A stretch of DNA of 64,000 nucleotides from Botryllus schlosseri (Eukaryota): contig CM119383.1 in the NCBI GenBank assembly GCA_051294905.1, positions 24,738,001 through 24,802,000 of the forward strand, in the 5' to 3' direction. The notes beneath the pieces were generated by a model. The model was given only the letters and a program-made list of their open reading frames with translations. It searched no databases and was not told where the DNA came from. Positions 48,754-60,072 of this stretch are shown one piece after another (the stretch's first letter is position 1; each line of letters starts with the position of its first letter). A program made the position numbers and the translations under genes.

Positions 48754-49633
48754 TAGGGCGATTATTTTTTTGATCTAAAAAACGGAAGATTTTTACCAAA
48801 AAAATCTAAATTTTGACTTATTTTGACCTAAAAAAACCGGAATTTGACCAAATTTTGACCTCACGTATGCAAATTAGGTTTTTTCGCACATAATGTTAAA
48901 ATTGCACTACTTATTTTCATTTCTGGTTAGAACTGTCTGTCCTTACAAGTAGATTGGCCTGAAAAAAAACGTTTTCGACCCAAAAACCGACAAATTTTTA
49001 CCTAAAAAAATAGTATTTTAACAAAATCTGGCCCTATGAAGAATTCCAGTAGTTACAGCAAGTAGTATGGTGGAAATAATTCAAATTTGTTGTAGTACAA
49101 CGAAATATACTTTCCTACATTCTCGGGTAGAAAGTGTCTGTCCTTACTAAGTAGGTGGTCAAGAATGGAGTAAGAACGTTCAACAGCAGCAGTTGTTGGC
49201 TGACAATACTGAAGTTGTGTGCACACTACTGGTTACACACCGTGTTGCTTCATTTTGACAATGTTGTCTATATCACAATTTTTCAGCTTGCGCTTCTTGA
49301 TATGAGAACATTAATGTCCAAGCAGACTTGCTTCAGTTAGGATATTGCGGTACGTTGACCATAAAATCATGCCACTATTTGTTTCATTTGACCGTTATAA
49401 TTCACAATGAGCAGACGATGGTGCCGTTTATAACGGTAGGCCTATAAAGTAGGCTACAAGCTGTAAAATATCAAATGATAAGTTCACCGACAGCGCAAAA
49501 TCTACGATACAAAAGAAATGCAGAGGTCAAAAAAAGTTTGACTTTGTAAACAATTTTGACAAATTTTGACCTAACGCTATAATTTTGACCTAATTTTGAC
49601 TTTTTTTTTGACATGTCAAAAAAAATCGCCCTA
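48754..49633. mobile_element. Non-autonomous hAT element, 880 bp (TAGGGCGATT TIR, TTTTGACC subterminal repeats)
   Basis: TSD GTTATTAC at 48746-48753 and 49634-49641. Confidence 0.9.
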
Positions 49634-49641
49634 GTTATTAC

Positions 49642-52187
49642 TAGGGCTGGGCAAAATCGAGTACCTAGCTGATTCGATTCTGAATCGAGCATAAACCTTC
49701 GAGTCGAGTCGAGTATTCGAGTAGCACTCAAAAAGAGGTCCTATGTTCAAAACAAACAGAAATCAGTCCAATATCCACATTTTCTATTAGTACAAAAGAA
49801 AATTTATGACAAACTGATGTCAAAATGACATTGCCACATGTGGTCACTTGAAATATTGTACAGTTACTTGTACACAGGCCATTCAAAATGTAGGATACAC
49901 CGTGCACATGCAACTAAAAATGGACTTGTCAATCAGTTAGTATAAACCGTTGCATTTCAGAAAGACGAGAGCTTCCACGTGCCTCCCTGTGAGGCTAGAT
50001 CTTAATGCAGATGCTGTATTCCCAGCTGTTGAAAATACTCTTTCTGATGGAGTAGAAGTAGCTGGCACACTCAGATATTTCAATGCTAGGTTTACAATGT
50101 TTGGATACTTGGCTTTATTCTCTTTCCACCAGTTCAGAGGATTCTGATCCTGTGTGAGCCTTTTTTCACAGAAGTATTTCTCAAGCTCATCATGAATTAA
50201 ATTAACATCAGTGTCGCTAGAGCTGTCACTTGACTCACTGGAATCATAAACTGCGTCAAGCAGCTTATTCAATGAAGAGCTTTTACTTATACCACTGTTA
50301 GTTGTGGGAGTAGCTTTGGTAATAACAGTAGCATTTTTTTCCTTGCCCACTACATCCTGCAGCAGTTCACACTCGAGCAAACCGCGAAGTTTAACAGATT
50401 GTGTGGAGTCAAGTCCTTTGACTTTATATCTTGGATCAAGTGCGGTCGCTTTCCAAGTAATGTCACCGTCTACAGGCATTTCAAGAAATCGTGCAGACAT
50501 TTGCTCTCCCAGTTTTTTGCAGAACTCTTTCATCGGTCCGCTGGCTTCTGATGCTGCATCCCAGACATGTTTCTTCAATGATGTAATATACGGATTTCTG
50601 AGTGATATTGAAACTTGCCTTTCAGCACCCAAGATCTCAGTGGCTTCAGCAAAAGGTTCCAATATGTCAGTCAGTTGCTTCATCATAATCCAGTCCGATT
50701 GTTTCAGCATGTATTTACTAGTTTGGGATTGTTGCTCGTTCAATACAGCTATTACTGGCCACTGCATATCAAATAATCTACGCAACATGTAGTAGGTGCT
50801 GTTCCACCTGGTTGCCACTTCCATCACAAGCTTTCAAAACTCCACTTTCATCTCCTCGCATTTCTGCTTTAGTAATGATGTTGCTACCTCCGATCTTTTG
50901 AAATGAGCTACAAGTCTTCTAACGTCAGCTAGGCACTGTTGAATTGAGGAGATTGCCAAAGCATGTGTGATACAAAGTTGTATTGAGTGCGCTGAGCAAC
51001 CTAGACTGCACCAACCATGCTTTTTTTGTAACATGTCTTTTGCTGACTTCATGTTTGAGCCATTGTCACTCACTGTACAAGTAACTGCTGATAGCTTCAC
51101 ATTGACTTCGGCTAATAACTGTTCAACCCAATTTGAGATGTTCACGGCAGTGTGACGATCATCTAGCAATTTACAGCTCAGCAACCATGATTGCAGGGAA
51201 AACTTTTCATCAATGAAATGTCCTGTAACAGCCAAGAACGACTCCATATTGATACTGGTCCATGCATCAAATGTCAGTGCAAGATGTGTTACTGTGGCAA
51301 GTGAATGTTGCAGGTTACTTTTCGAGGCAACAAATAGATCTTCTATGCGCCGTGCAAAAGTATGTCTTGATGGTATGCTATACTTGGGTTCCAGGCTTGA
51401 AATCAAATTTTGGACATTTTCCCCCTCAATAACAGAGAGTGGCCTTAAATCACCCACAATAAATTTGACAATCTTTTGGGTAATATGCTCTTGCCTAGAA
51501 GGGGTCATGACAGAAAAATCCAATTTAAGCTGCTTCGGACTTGATGTGGACGTAGAAGGTCCAGCGTTGAGATTTTCACGTTCTTCGTACGATCTTCTGT
51601 TCAAATCTATGGTAGGATGCTTGCTTTTTATGTGCCTCAGTAGGTTGGTGGTGCTATCGAGAAAACATAGTTTTTCTTTGCAAAGTATACAAGCTACCTT
51701 CCGACCATCTCTTCCTTCGTCGACAGGCGAACCAAAGTATTGCCACGCCGCTGACTTACTTCCTTTCGAGGCTTTGCTCATCGCTGCGCTAAACACACTT
51801 GCGTAATTCCTCAACCGGTATAAATTACAGCCACGGTATACCGGGCTCACTCTCACAAAAACGGATTAACGCCTTCCCCATTATTGCGTCATAATGGTTA
51901 CGGAGCAGTCAGAGACCGTGAATTAAGAAATGTTTTAAGGTGTATAACCTCATCTTTACATGGATAATAAATCATATAATTAACATACTGGAAGATTTCT
52001 GTGCTGACACTTGATATTGCTGCCTGCCTAATAAAAAATTTCGACCGATAGATAATGGAAATATTTTCAGTCGCAAGGGGGCCCACTTGCAAGTACTCGA
52101 AAAAATCGTCTTTTACTACTCGACTCGAATCATTGAAATAAATACTCGATTCAGATTCGAGTACTCGAATCATTGTGCCCAGCCCTA
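49642..52187 (-). mobile_element. Young full-length hAT transposon, 2546 bp
   Basis: TIR tagggctgggca / tgcccagcccta; TSD GTTATTAC at 49634-49641 and 52188-52195. Confidence 0.95.
49937..51781 (-). pseudogene. BED-finger hAT transposase (ZBED1-like), about 614 aa, with a single in-frame TGA at 50834-50836
   Basis: AWQYF..CILC..TTNLLRHIKSKH, TFDAWTS, SDNGSNM, CSAH, TRWNST, SERVFS; the two track ORFs are in frame across EF*KL. Confidence 0.93.
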
Positions 52188-53099
52188 GTTATTACTTAGA
52201 TGCGAGCAGTGCTAGGATGAATCAACAGAATCGAAAATATGACGTCAGCAGATTTCACTAATCGGCGTGATAGGACGCAAATGGCCGCGTGACGGTGCGC
52301 GTGAGCGTGACAATGCCACCGATTCCACTCTGGGACAGTACTGCCCAGACTGGAATCGGTGGTTGTTTTCGACAACATGTTGTGCGTGACAGACGGATTT
52401 CAAGCGTGATTGGAAAATTTCATCCGCGTGACGGAAATACTTCTCGCTCTGATTTGATGCTGAATTACTTATTAAACGACACTATGTGATAAAAGAGACC
52501 TGGTATTCGCCGGACTAGGGTTACGCCGTATATTCGCTGTTGCGCAAATGCCACGGTTGCTTGCGTTCATTGTAAAGCGCAAGTGCCTTATTCAGGATCT
52601 GGACCCTGTTATCGCTTTGTGACGTCAGCATAATTCATTAATCAGCGTGACGTTGCGCGTACCGTTGCCAGCGATTCCACTCTGGAGTACTGCAACATTT
52701 TAGATTGTTTTGATATCGATAGAGCGAATAATATCTAAACGTGACAAGTGTGTGCCTTGTAATACGAGGGTGGGCACCATACTGTCTCATTTTCCGAAAC
52801 GGGGCACTGTGGCGGAAAAGGATATACTGGACCACTGCTGTTGCCTGTTGTATATCGTTTACGTTTATCATTGGTGTAATGTAATTTGATGCGTTCAAAT
52901 CGTTATGCTGTTGAAATTAAATATCTGCTGACTGGTGCATGGGATATATAACAACACATTCTCAGCTCTCTCCCACCGTCTGCATATAGGTCAATTTCCA
53001 GGTTTGGACGGATCAGGAGAGGATGAGACCGTATTAATGACTGCTACCGGTACATGCTTTCCAAAATCAAAACGCTCTCGAGTCGTATTAGACATATAG

Positions 53100-53250
53100 C
53101 GCTGGTGACGTCATATTTTGTGCTACGATTGTTGATATACGATGTTCTTTTGAATTCTCTACTAGTTGCTGACGATTACCCCTGACGAGTGTCAGCCGAA
53201 AATATTCGGGTTCATTTCAATATGAATAATTGAATATACTATTCAAAATC
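53100..53250 (+). repeat. Copy of the hammerhead-bearing repeat upstream of UBE3D
   Basis: Matches 5890-6040; further degenerate copies near 28420-28490, 33450-33560 and 61100-61230. Confidence 0.8.
53178..53211 (+). ncRNA. Intact minimal type-I hammerhead ribozyme motif
   Basis: ACCC-CTGACGA-G..C-GAA-AATATT-C-GGGT; full core, 4-bp stem I, palindromic stem III; predicted cut after C53207. Confidence 0.68.
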
Positions 53251-53567
53251 AAAACTATACTTACTTCTTTCCGTACTTTAGAGTTTAGTTTTCAAATACA
53301 GCAAATTGTACTTAGGCCTACTGCATGTAGTTTTTGGCAGCTTCGAAATGCACTACTTCTACTCGCACTTGCTACCATAGCCTCTTTGACCGCGGCTCAT
53401 AGTAGACCCATTTAAGCCACTTTTGTTCTCTGGTAAGTTTGCTGTAAACGTTTTGTGATTTTTCTAATGTGCCACAAGCAGAAAAAGTTTGGAGACCACT
53501 GCGCTAATAGTATCAGTCCTGAATGGAACTTACAGTTCTGTTAAATTTGATCAGATTCTTGTGAGAA

Positions 53568-53668
53568 ATGTTGCTACCTACCGGGAAGGAATATTTTGTT
53601 TTTCCTACCTGCCGACCTTATTTCATCGAAGTCTTGAGTCAAATCCAAGCTATCAATATCTATCTACG
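53568..53668 (+). CDS. UBE3D: UBE3D coding exon 1
   Basis: ATG preceded by in-frame TGA; MLLPTGKEYFVFPTCRPYFIEVLSQIQAINIYL|GTGAGC. Confidence 0.8.
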
Positions 53669-56600
53669 GTGAGCTACATTACGGCATTACTCTGGATTTC
53701 TGCAGTGAAGCGCGACGAGACTCGAAATCGTGAATAATCTTTAGGCAAGACAATTCACCGGTTCACGTCTTCATTCAACCCAGGAGAATATTGATTCAAT
53801 GCTCGAATGGAGATCTGAATGCCTGCAATCTACTGCTGAATGTGATACCATCCTCTTGCACTTCATTATATTCCGATGCCAAACAAGGTATTTTTTGAGA
53901 TGTTTCTGGAACATAGTCGAATCACTGAGTTACTTGATTTTTCCCAGCTCTATACTTACCACACCTGCAGAGATTGATGATATGTAAACCAAGAGTCTGA
54001 TTGTTTTGTATTAAGGGGTCGGTATGCGTCTTCAGATTCAATCAAATGATTCTAAACTCCACAGAAGGCAATCGCAAAAGTCATCGCTAATGCCAAGTTT
54101 CAAGGATTCAGAAGAAGGATATTGCAGTTGTAAATGCAAAACATGTGACATGGATCTCTTGAATCAGAATGTGTAAGTTTTCATGCAGACCTATATCTAA
54201 TTAGACTAATTGAAGGGAGATGCCTGTAATTTAATTCTAATCCAGTTCATCAAATGTTTCTATGCTTTCATTTCAATTCTAATCCAATTTCTGATTTTCC
54301 TGCAAATGCTACAAGAGAACTACATAGTGCGAAACGCTCCAAGCTTGATGCACAGACATTTTCCATTCTCGTGCTTATCAGAACTCTGATTGATATGAAC
54401 TGAACTTGATTTTTGTTGTGTCTCTTGCCAACTTGAATTGAACTCAATTTTCAAGTTTTTGCGAATTCAGTAATTCTAATCTAATTTGGAAAAAAGGCTT
54501 TACTGTTATACCGGTAATTCTCATGCTAATCCAGTATAGAATATCAGCCAACCGAAAATCATTCTTTGTTAACGTAGCACATGATTGATGTGTGGTCATA
54601 AGAAGTTTCCCACTGTGTATCTGCAGCAGGGGTTCGTAAGCAGTCGTCCGCGAACTAGTTTTGGAGTGTGTGAACAGGCAATGTTGAAGTACGCAGTACT
54701 GAGAAAAGGCCCTGAGAAAATACAAAACATTATTATCCTTTGGCAATGACGCCGTGAGTGGGAATGTGACAGTGACTACCTTGTCTAGTGACTATTAGTT
54801 TGGTTATCATAGGTATGGAACAGCCTAAGCCATTATTTAATAGTTAAGGTAGCTTTTGAGCATCAAGTAGACTTGATTGAGATTGGGTCACAAAGTCATT
54901 ACTTTTTTTTCAACTCATCAGCTTTCGAAGCTTGAACGGGTCCGCGATCAAAATAGTAAAAAAAATGATCTGGAGTGTTCTAATCAGAATTGTACAAATT
55001 ACCAATCTAATTGTTTGACCGTCAGCTGGTTTTATGATTAGTTAACATCTAGTTGCGTATTTTGTCAAGTGAGTAGTTGTAGTTCCAGTTGGCGGATTTG
55101 ATGATTAGTACTAGTTGCACATTTTAAAAGTGGGGTACTTGTAATTCGATTGTATAAATACAAGAATATTCACGTTGGCATGAATTGTGATGCCGGCGTT
55201 CTGTTGTGTGACATTCTCACAGGCATTGCTAGCTCAGAGTCATCACTGTTAACAGTGGTATACCCAGGGAGTGGGTTTCTAGTCGAAACCCCTTCCATTT
55301 CAAACCAAACAGATGATGATGCGGGAAGCCGATGCCTTCCGATGAAATCACAATGAGGGTGTTGCTTTGCAACTGAATCTGGTTAGGTGTGTTTTGGTAA
55401 GTTAGTTGTTGAATTCTAAAGATCGTTAAAAGTCGGAGTTTGGCTAATTTTTTGCTTAATAGAGTCGAAGTCTCAAAAATTTTTAACATGCCTTGGAGTC
55501 GTGAAAACTCTGCCTGGAGTCGGAGTCGTGGAAAAATACTGACTGGAGTCGGAGTTTGTGAAAAGGACCTCCGACTCCAACTTCTTCATGTTGAAAACAA
55601 TTGCTTTCAAAGGTATCTTTAAATTGCTAATTAGAACTAAAATAGGATTTTTATGTACCATCACTCCATCAGTCACTGTTATTAGTAACGATATTGATAA
55701 GATTAGTAACGATATTGATAAGATTGGACATGATTTGCAAATGGAATTCAGTTGCATGGAGGAATAAAATCACCATATGCATCTTTGTGATGCAGTCACA
55801 AATTGATGCAATTTTTGAAATTATATCATGATCTTGTGACATCGTCTGGTTTTGTAAAATTGATATAAATATAACCACGGACTCCACAGGTATCATGGTT
55901 TACAGCCCTCCACGGTGTAAAATAGCATCGAAACTATAAATTTTGGTGTCACCTTTATGTGCCAAGGAGCTTATCCTTTCAGCAGCCTACTCGAAAAAAT
56001 AAACTCCTACAACTTGACACGAGTCATTAAAATTAATACTAGATTCAGATTCAAGTACGCAAATCATCGTGACCAACCCTACTGATGTATTTATTTTGTT
56101 CTAGTTTACTCACATCTGTAGCCGCGAAACTTCCCAGCAACCATGCAGATTTATCATCATGTTGGACATGCTGCAGTCATACCAAATGTGACGCTTCACA
56201 CAGAACAAATGTGTCAAAATCGGGGCAAATGTTGGAGGATTATTTGTCATTTACATTTCATTCTGCCGATGTCTCTGTGGATGATATTATTCTCAAACGA
56301 TCTTCGTCATCAAAGGGATCAGAGGTAGGCATGTTTGTATTAGTTCTGAAGAATTCATTGAATTTTTTTATTGCTTGATATCGGTATGCTCTAATTTAGG
56401 GAAAGAGTCGTGCCATATTGTGTGGAAGGTGCTACGCGCTAATCGGTCAATCCATCTTGTTGGGATGCGATATGAGTACACAATACTCATTTTACAAGCA
56501 TGCCACTCATTTTAATCTGCATTCGAGTGATTGGCGAAGGTATAGTAACGCTACTTGAGTTGTAGTAGAAGCAATATATTTTTCTAAAACAGTTGATCTG

Positions 56601-59600
56601 AACCTTTTTGACCTATCTTTGCAGCTAGTGCAAAATGACTAATGACACTGAAAACAAGCCGAATCATATCATATTTGTTTACTGTGACTCAGGACTATTT
56701 CATACAGTTCTTGTGACAATTGTACTCATAAAATTAATGACAAGTTCTCCCGAGACTACTGGTCTACATTTCGAAATCCAACTTGTAAAAATGTAAGTAG
56801 TTTTGACCAAAACTGTTGAAATGAAATGGGAGTAGTGTAAAACAAAACCACTTGCGTAAGGAGGCGAAACTACCCGAGTTCGGGTACTTGAAAAAAGTAG
56901 AAGCACTTTTATGCAAACAGCACTTTATCCCTCCTCGAGAATCTAGAATTGAAAAAGGGCGCATTGTGCAGTAATCAAGTTTGATAAGCATGAAATGGAA
57001 ACTTCATTTTTTCAAATCATTTCACGTTACACTTGTACAGTGGTTTTCAACCTTTTTCACTTCTGGGCCGGTAAAATTTCCAAAAATGTTCGACAAACCT
57101 TTGAACTTTCAAAATTGAAATGAAGCCAATATGTAAAGTATGCAACCGTTTTTTGCAATTTTATGGTGCTAGAGTGTGACATTGAGGTTTTGATCGTAAT
57201 TAATTATTTTCATGATGGCATCCATGCTATTATATGATAGTGAGTCTGCTGAGTCGAGATAAAATTGCCTTGTCCAGATAAACTTGCTACCGCCGAGAGT
57301 CGTTCACAGTCTTTCGCGCCGAAGGCCGTGGGTTTAACTGTCCACGCCAACACGAATAATATTCTTCTGCTTGACAATATCGAGAGAAGTAGCGTTTCGG
57401 AGTAGAACCAAGCACCTTATGAGTGCTGCCTTGCTCATTGCACACTGCCACCAGATGCAGGCTACTCTTGCAACTATGAAAACAATGCGTGGCGCAAGAC
57501 AACACCTTACAGCAGCTGTACCGGCCATGCGCAAACCCGGGCCGAAAAATTACCTTGTCAGGTCACCCAAAAACGCCCAGACCCTACAGTTGGGTGGTTG
57601 TTTTCACCTGTACTTATGAGCACATTCATTCTACTCAGTGTAGGCAGAGAGTTTATGCACCTTAATCGTGCCAATAGCAATACTTTTGGGCCGTTTTCAA
57701 GCTCGACCCCTCTCGAATTGGGTGGTTTGGTGGGTCCCAGTTACGGTCCTGCCCGAAATGAATAAAACAAAAACGAATGATCGTACAAACTGCGCTGCTT
57801 AATGATGAGTCAGCTGGTATATGTTCTGTACTTGTCGCCTTCAACATTCCATCTTGAAATTAAGGTATAAAGTTGTAATATACCTCGCGGACCGGCAGGA
57901 ATGTCGTCGCGGACCGGCGGTTGAGAACCACTGCACTAGAACACAATTGAATTTTGTCCACTTCCAAAATCTATATTTCCGTTTTCCCTTATTTACAAAA
58001 TCTATTGAATTCCTGTTCCGTTCTAACCATTTCTGATATTGAGCATCTTCATTTTCAGAAAATCACCCTCCGTCGAACTGGAGAATGTTCTAGCCAAGGA
58101 AATTGCGTATGACGTCAGGACAAAGGGAATCTACAAATTCCTATTTTGTGATGAAGAAGACTCGAAATATGTTTTGATGGTAGATAACATAGCCAATTTG
58201 ATTCTGGCTAATGTTGCATTTACAAGTTCACTAACATATCAAGTGTAAAAATTTACTTCATGTAGAGCCCACTATAGACCCCTCATAAAAAGATTCACTC
58301 ACTTAGGGCGAAACGAGCCAACCTCGGTGTACAGACAGTTGCCATTATCGTGCTCATGAGGATGAACTCTGGTTCCATATGAACTAAACTTGGTTTTTGT
58401 TGATTTCCTTTTGCCAATTCAATATATAATTCTAATCTGATTTGGAAAATACGTGTAGGAGTTATTCTAATCTAATTCTGACAAAACTGAGTAGCTTATA
58501 ATTTTCTAGTCGTCCAACTATGATGTAACAGGCATCATTATTTTGTAGCTGCAAGAAGATACATCTTTGAACCTTCCAGCTTATCAACACTCCGCTCTAA
58601 ACGTAATACGTGACTTGGAATTGAACCAGTCGATGTTTCCCAAACCATAACATTTATCTTCATCCTGCATTCTGAGTCGCCCAAACAACCTAAAACACAA
58701 AATGGATTTTTCCAGGCCCTAGTTGCAAGCTGAATCAGCAATGTCATTTTCACCCCGTCAAAACTAACCAGTTTTTTGGATTACGCCTCTAACAATATGC
58801 ATCAACATGCAGGTGCAAGTTCTAAATGACAATGCTTGCCTCGGCTATCACGGTTTAGGGGAATCTGACGAGGATCAGTCTTCAAATTTATCGGGAAAGG
58901 AATCTCATTCTCACTTCGTTGAATCTTTCTCGATACCATGGAACGAATGCAGGTAAAATTTGCGCACGGTTAGTAAGGACTAGCCAAACTGCTAAGTACA
59001 TGTAGAAATAGTCTAAAATCATGGCAACTCGAGTAATTAGTGCGAGCAGGATAAACCTACTTGAGTACACTGATGAAGTACAAGTACATCGTGACCGACC
59101 ACCTCTGCTTACATGTGTCCAAATGCAGCCATTCTAGTTTATTTCATGCCCAAGCATAGCAATGGCTGTAAAACTGTACAAATAAATGCTGTGAAGTTTT
59201 AGAGATATGTTTTCACTTGTTCAGGAAAAACTAGGCTTTGACTATTTTCTTTTTTACTTGCTCTTGTCACTAGTTATTTGGCATTCCAAATCATTTCTTT
59301 CTATTCCAGTATGGGGCAAAAAAACGATTTTGAGGCTCCCAAACTTGAAATCAACTGCGTCAAAGTTCTGTATGCCAGTGCAATGAAGGAAGAGGGACAA
59401 AGGTAACTATCACTTTGCATATTGCACTTTTGCTGTAGGGGATTATAATTACAGTAATCCCTTGAACCAACCCTGGTTTGAATGCTCTCGACATTGCGAC
59501 TGACTTTTACAAAATACTAGATTTTCACTATGCGTAGCGATCACCAGAAATACTCAGTTTTCGAAACTCATAAGAACTAAAACTTGGAGATAGAATCGCT

Positions 59601-60072
59601 ATTGCAAAAGGGTAGGGTTTCGACCCCAAAATCCAGCCCTGGCTACGCCAGTGATAGCAGTGATGACTCCGAGTTTGCAATGGCTGCAAGAACATCTCAC
59701 AACAGAACACCAGTATCACGATTCACGCCAGATAATGGAACGTGTGCACTAGTTGTTCTGAAACTAATTTTTTTAAATGCGCAACTAGAACTACTCGATT
59801 TTCAAATGCACGACAGGTAGAACGAGGACTGTACAAAAAAGCAGATTGGTAATTCATACAAGTCTGCATTGCATCAATTTTATAACATCTGTTACACCTT
59901 GTTTTGTAGATTAGCCACGAAATGGTCGAATAATATGGATGTGAAGCAATTGTCTTTTCCCAATGCGATTTGCATGCAAGCGCTGCTGCTTCTGATAAAA
60001 AGCACGCGCATTATGCCTGTGCACCAGACTGTATTGAACGATTTCATGATCGGTTTCTTGCGATTCGGATGA
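53568..60072 (+). CDS. UBE3D: E3 ubiquitin-protein ligase E3D homolog (HECT_2 family); spliced gene, 9 coding exons, about 412 aa
   Basis: Exons 53568-53668, 53784-53887, 54016-54172, 56105-56324, 56400-56539, 58059-58179, 58813-58952, 59310-59402, 59910-60072; GT-AG, phases consistent, 1239 nt. Motifs match vertebrate UBE3D as recalled: YFIEVLSQIQ, VIPSSC..GVGMRLQIQ, CKTC..LPS..WTCCSH, AILCGRCYALIG, VLM-VQVLND, VKVLY, KWSNNMDVKQLSFPNAICMQALLLLIKST..FMIGFLRF. Confidence 0.88.
53784..53887 (+). CDS. UBE3D: UBE3D coding exon 2
   Basis: cccag|..NVIPSSCTSLYSDAKQ|GTATTT. Confidence 0.82.
54016..54172 (+). CDS. UBE3D: UBE3D coding exon 3
   Basis: attaag|..VGMRLQIQ..YCSCKCKTCDMDLLNQN|GTAAGT. Confidence 0.82.
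56105..56324 (+). CDS. UBE3D: UBE3D coding exon 4
   Basis: ttctag|..SVAAKLPSNHADLSSCWTCCSH..SKGSE|GTAGGC. Confidence 0.85.
56400..56539 (+). CDS. UBE3D: UBE3D coding exon 5
   Basis: atttag|GKSRAILCGRCYALIG..YSFYKH..|GTATAG. Confidence 0.82.
57038..57933. mobile_element. Charlie-like hAT MITE in UBE3D intron 5
   Basis: cagtggttttcaacc / ggttgagaaccactg; TSD CACTTGTA / CACTAGAA. Confidence 0.75.
58059..58179 (+). CDS. UBE3D: UBE3D coding exon 6
   Basis: tttcag|..ELENVLAKEIAYDVRTKGIYKFLFCDEEDSKYVLM|GTAGAT. Confidence 0.86.
58813..58952 (+). CDS. UBE3D: UBE3D coding exon 7
   Basis: atgcag|VQVLNDNACLG..PWNEC|GTAAAA. Confidence 0.78.
59310..59402 (+). CDS. UBE3D: UBE3D coding exon 8
   Basis: ttccag|..INCVKVLYASAMKEEGQ|GTAACT. 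Confidence 0.86.
59910..60072 (+). CDS. UBE3D: UBE3D terminal coding exon 9
   Basis: ttgtag|..LATKWSNNMDVKQLSFPNAICMQALLLLIKST..GFLRFG-TGA. Confidence 0.9.

Noticed and set aside
50834-50836. Programmed readthrough or selenocysteine at the hAT TGA
   Set aside because: Context TGA-AAG lacks the TGA-CTA readthrough signal, no SECIS was seen, and the position is not catalytic; a simple nonsense mutation or base error is more likely
52735-53316. Separate small coding gene upstream of UBE3D
   Set aside because: Candidate exons can be joined but have no in-frame ATG or recognisable homology; treated as possible UTR exons
53948-53983. Extra UBE3D mini-exon, and an initial C-type-lectin reading of this gene
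   Set aside because: It would need a 32-41-bp intron; skipping it restores the UBE3D PSSC..G..MRLQ alignment
57285-57345. tRNA/SINE-like A and B box remnants (also near 14755-14775)
   Set aside because: Boxes are degenerate and no cloverleaf forms; cannot support a tRNA or SINE call
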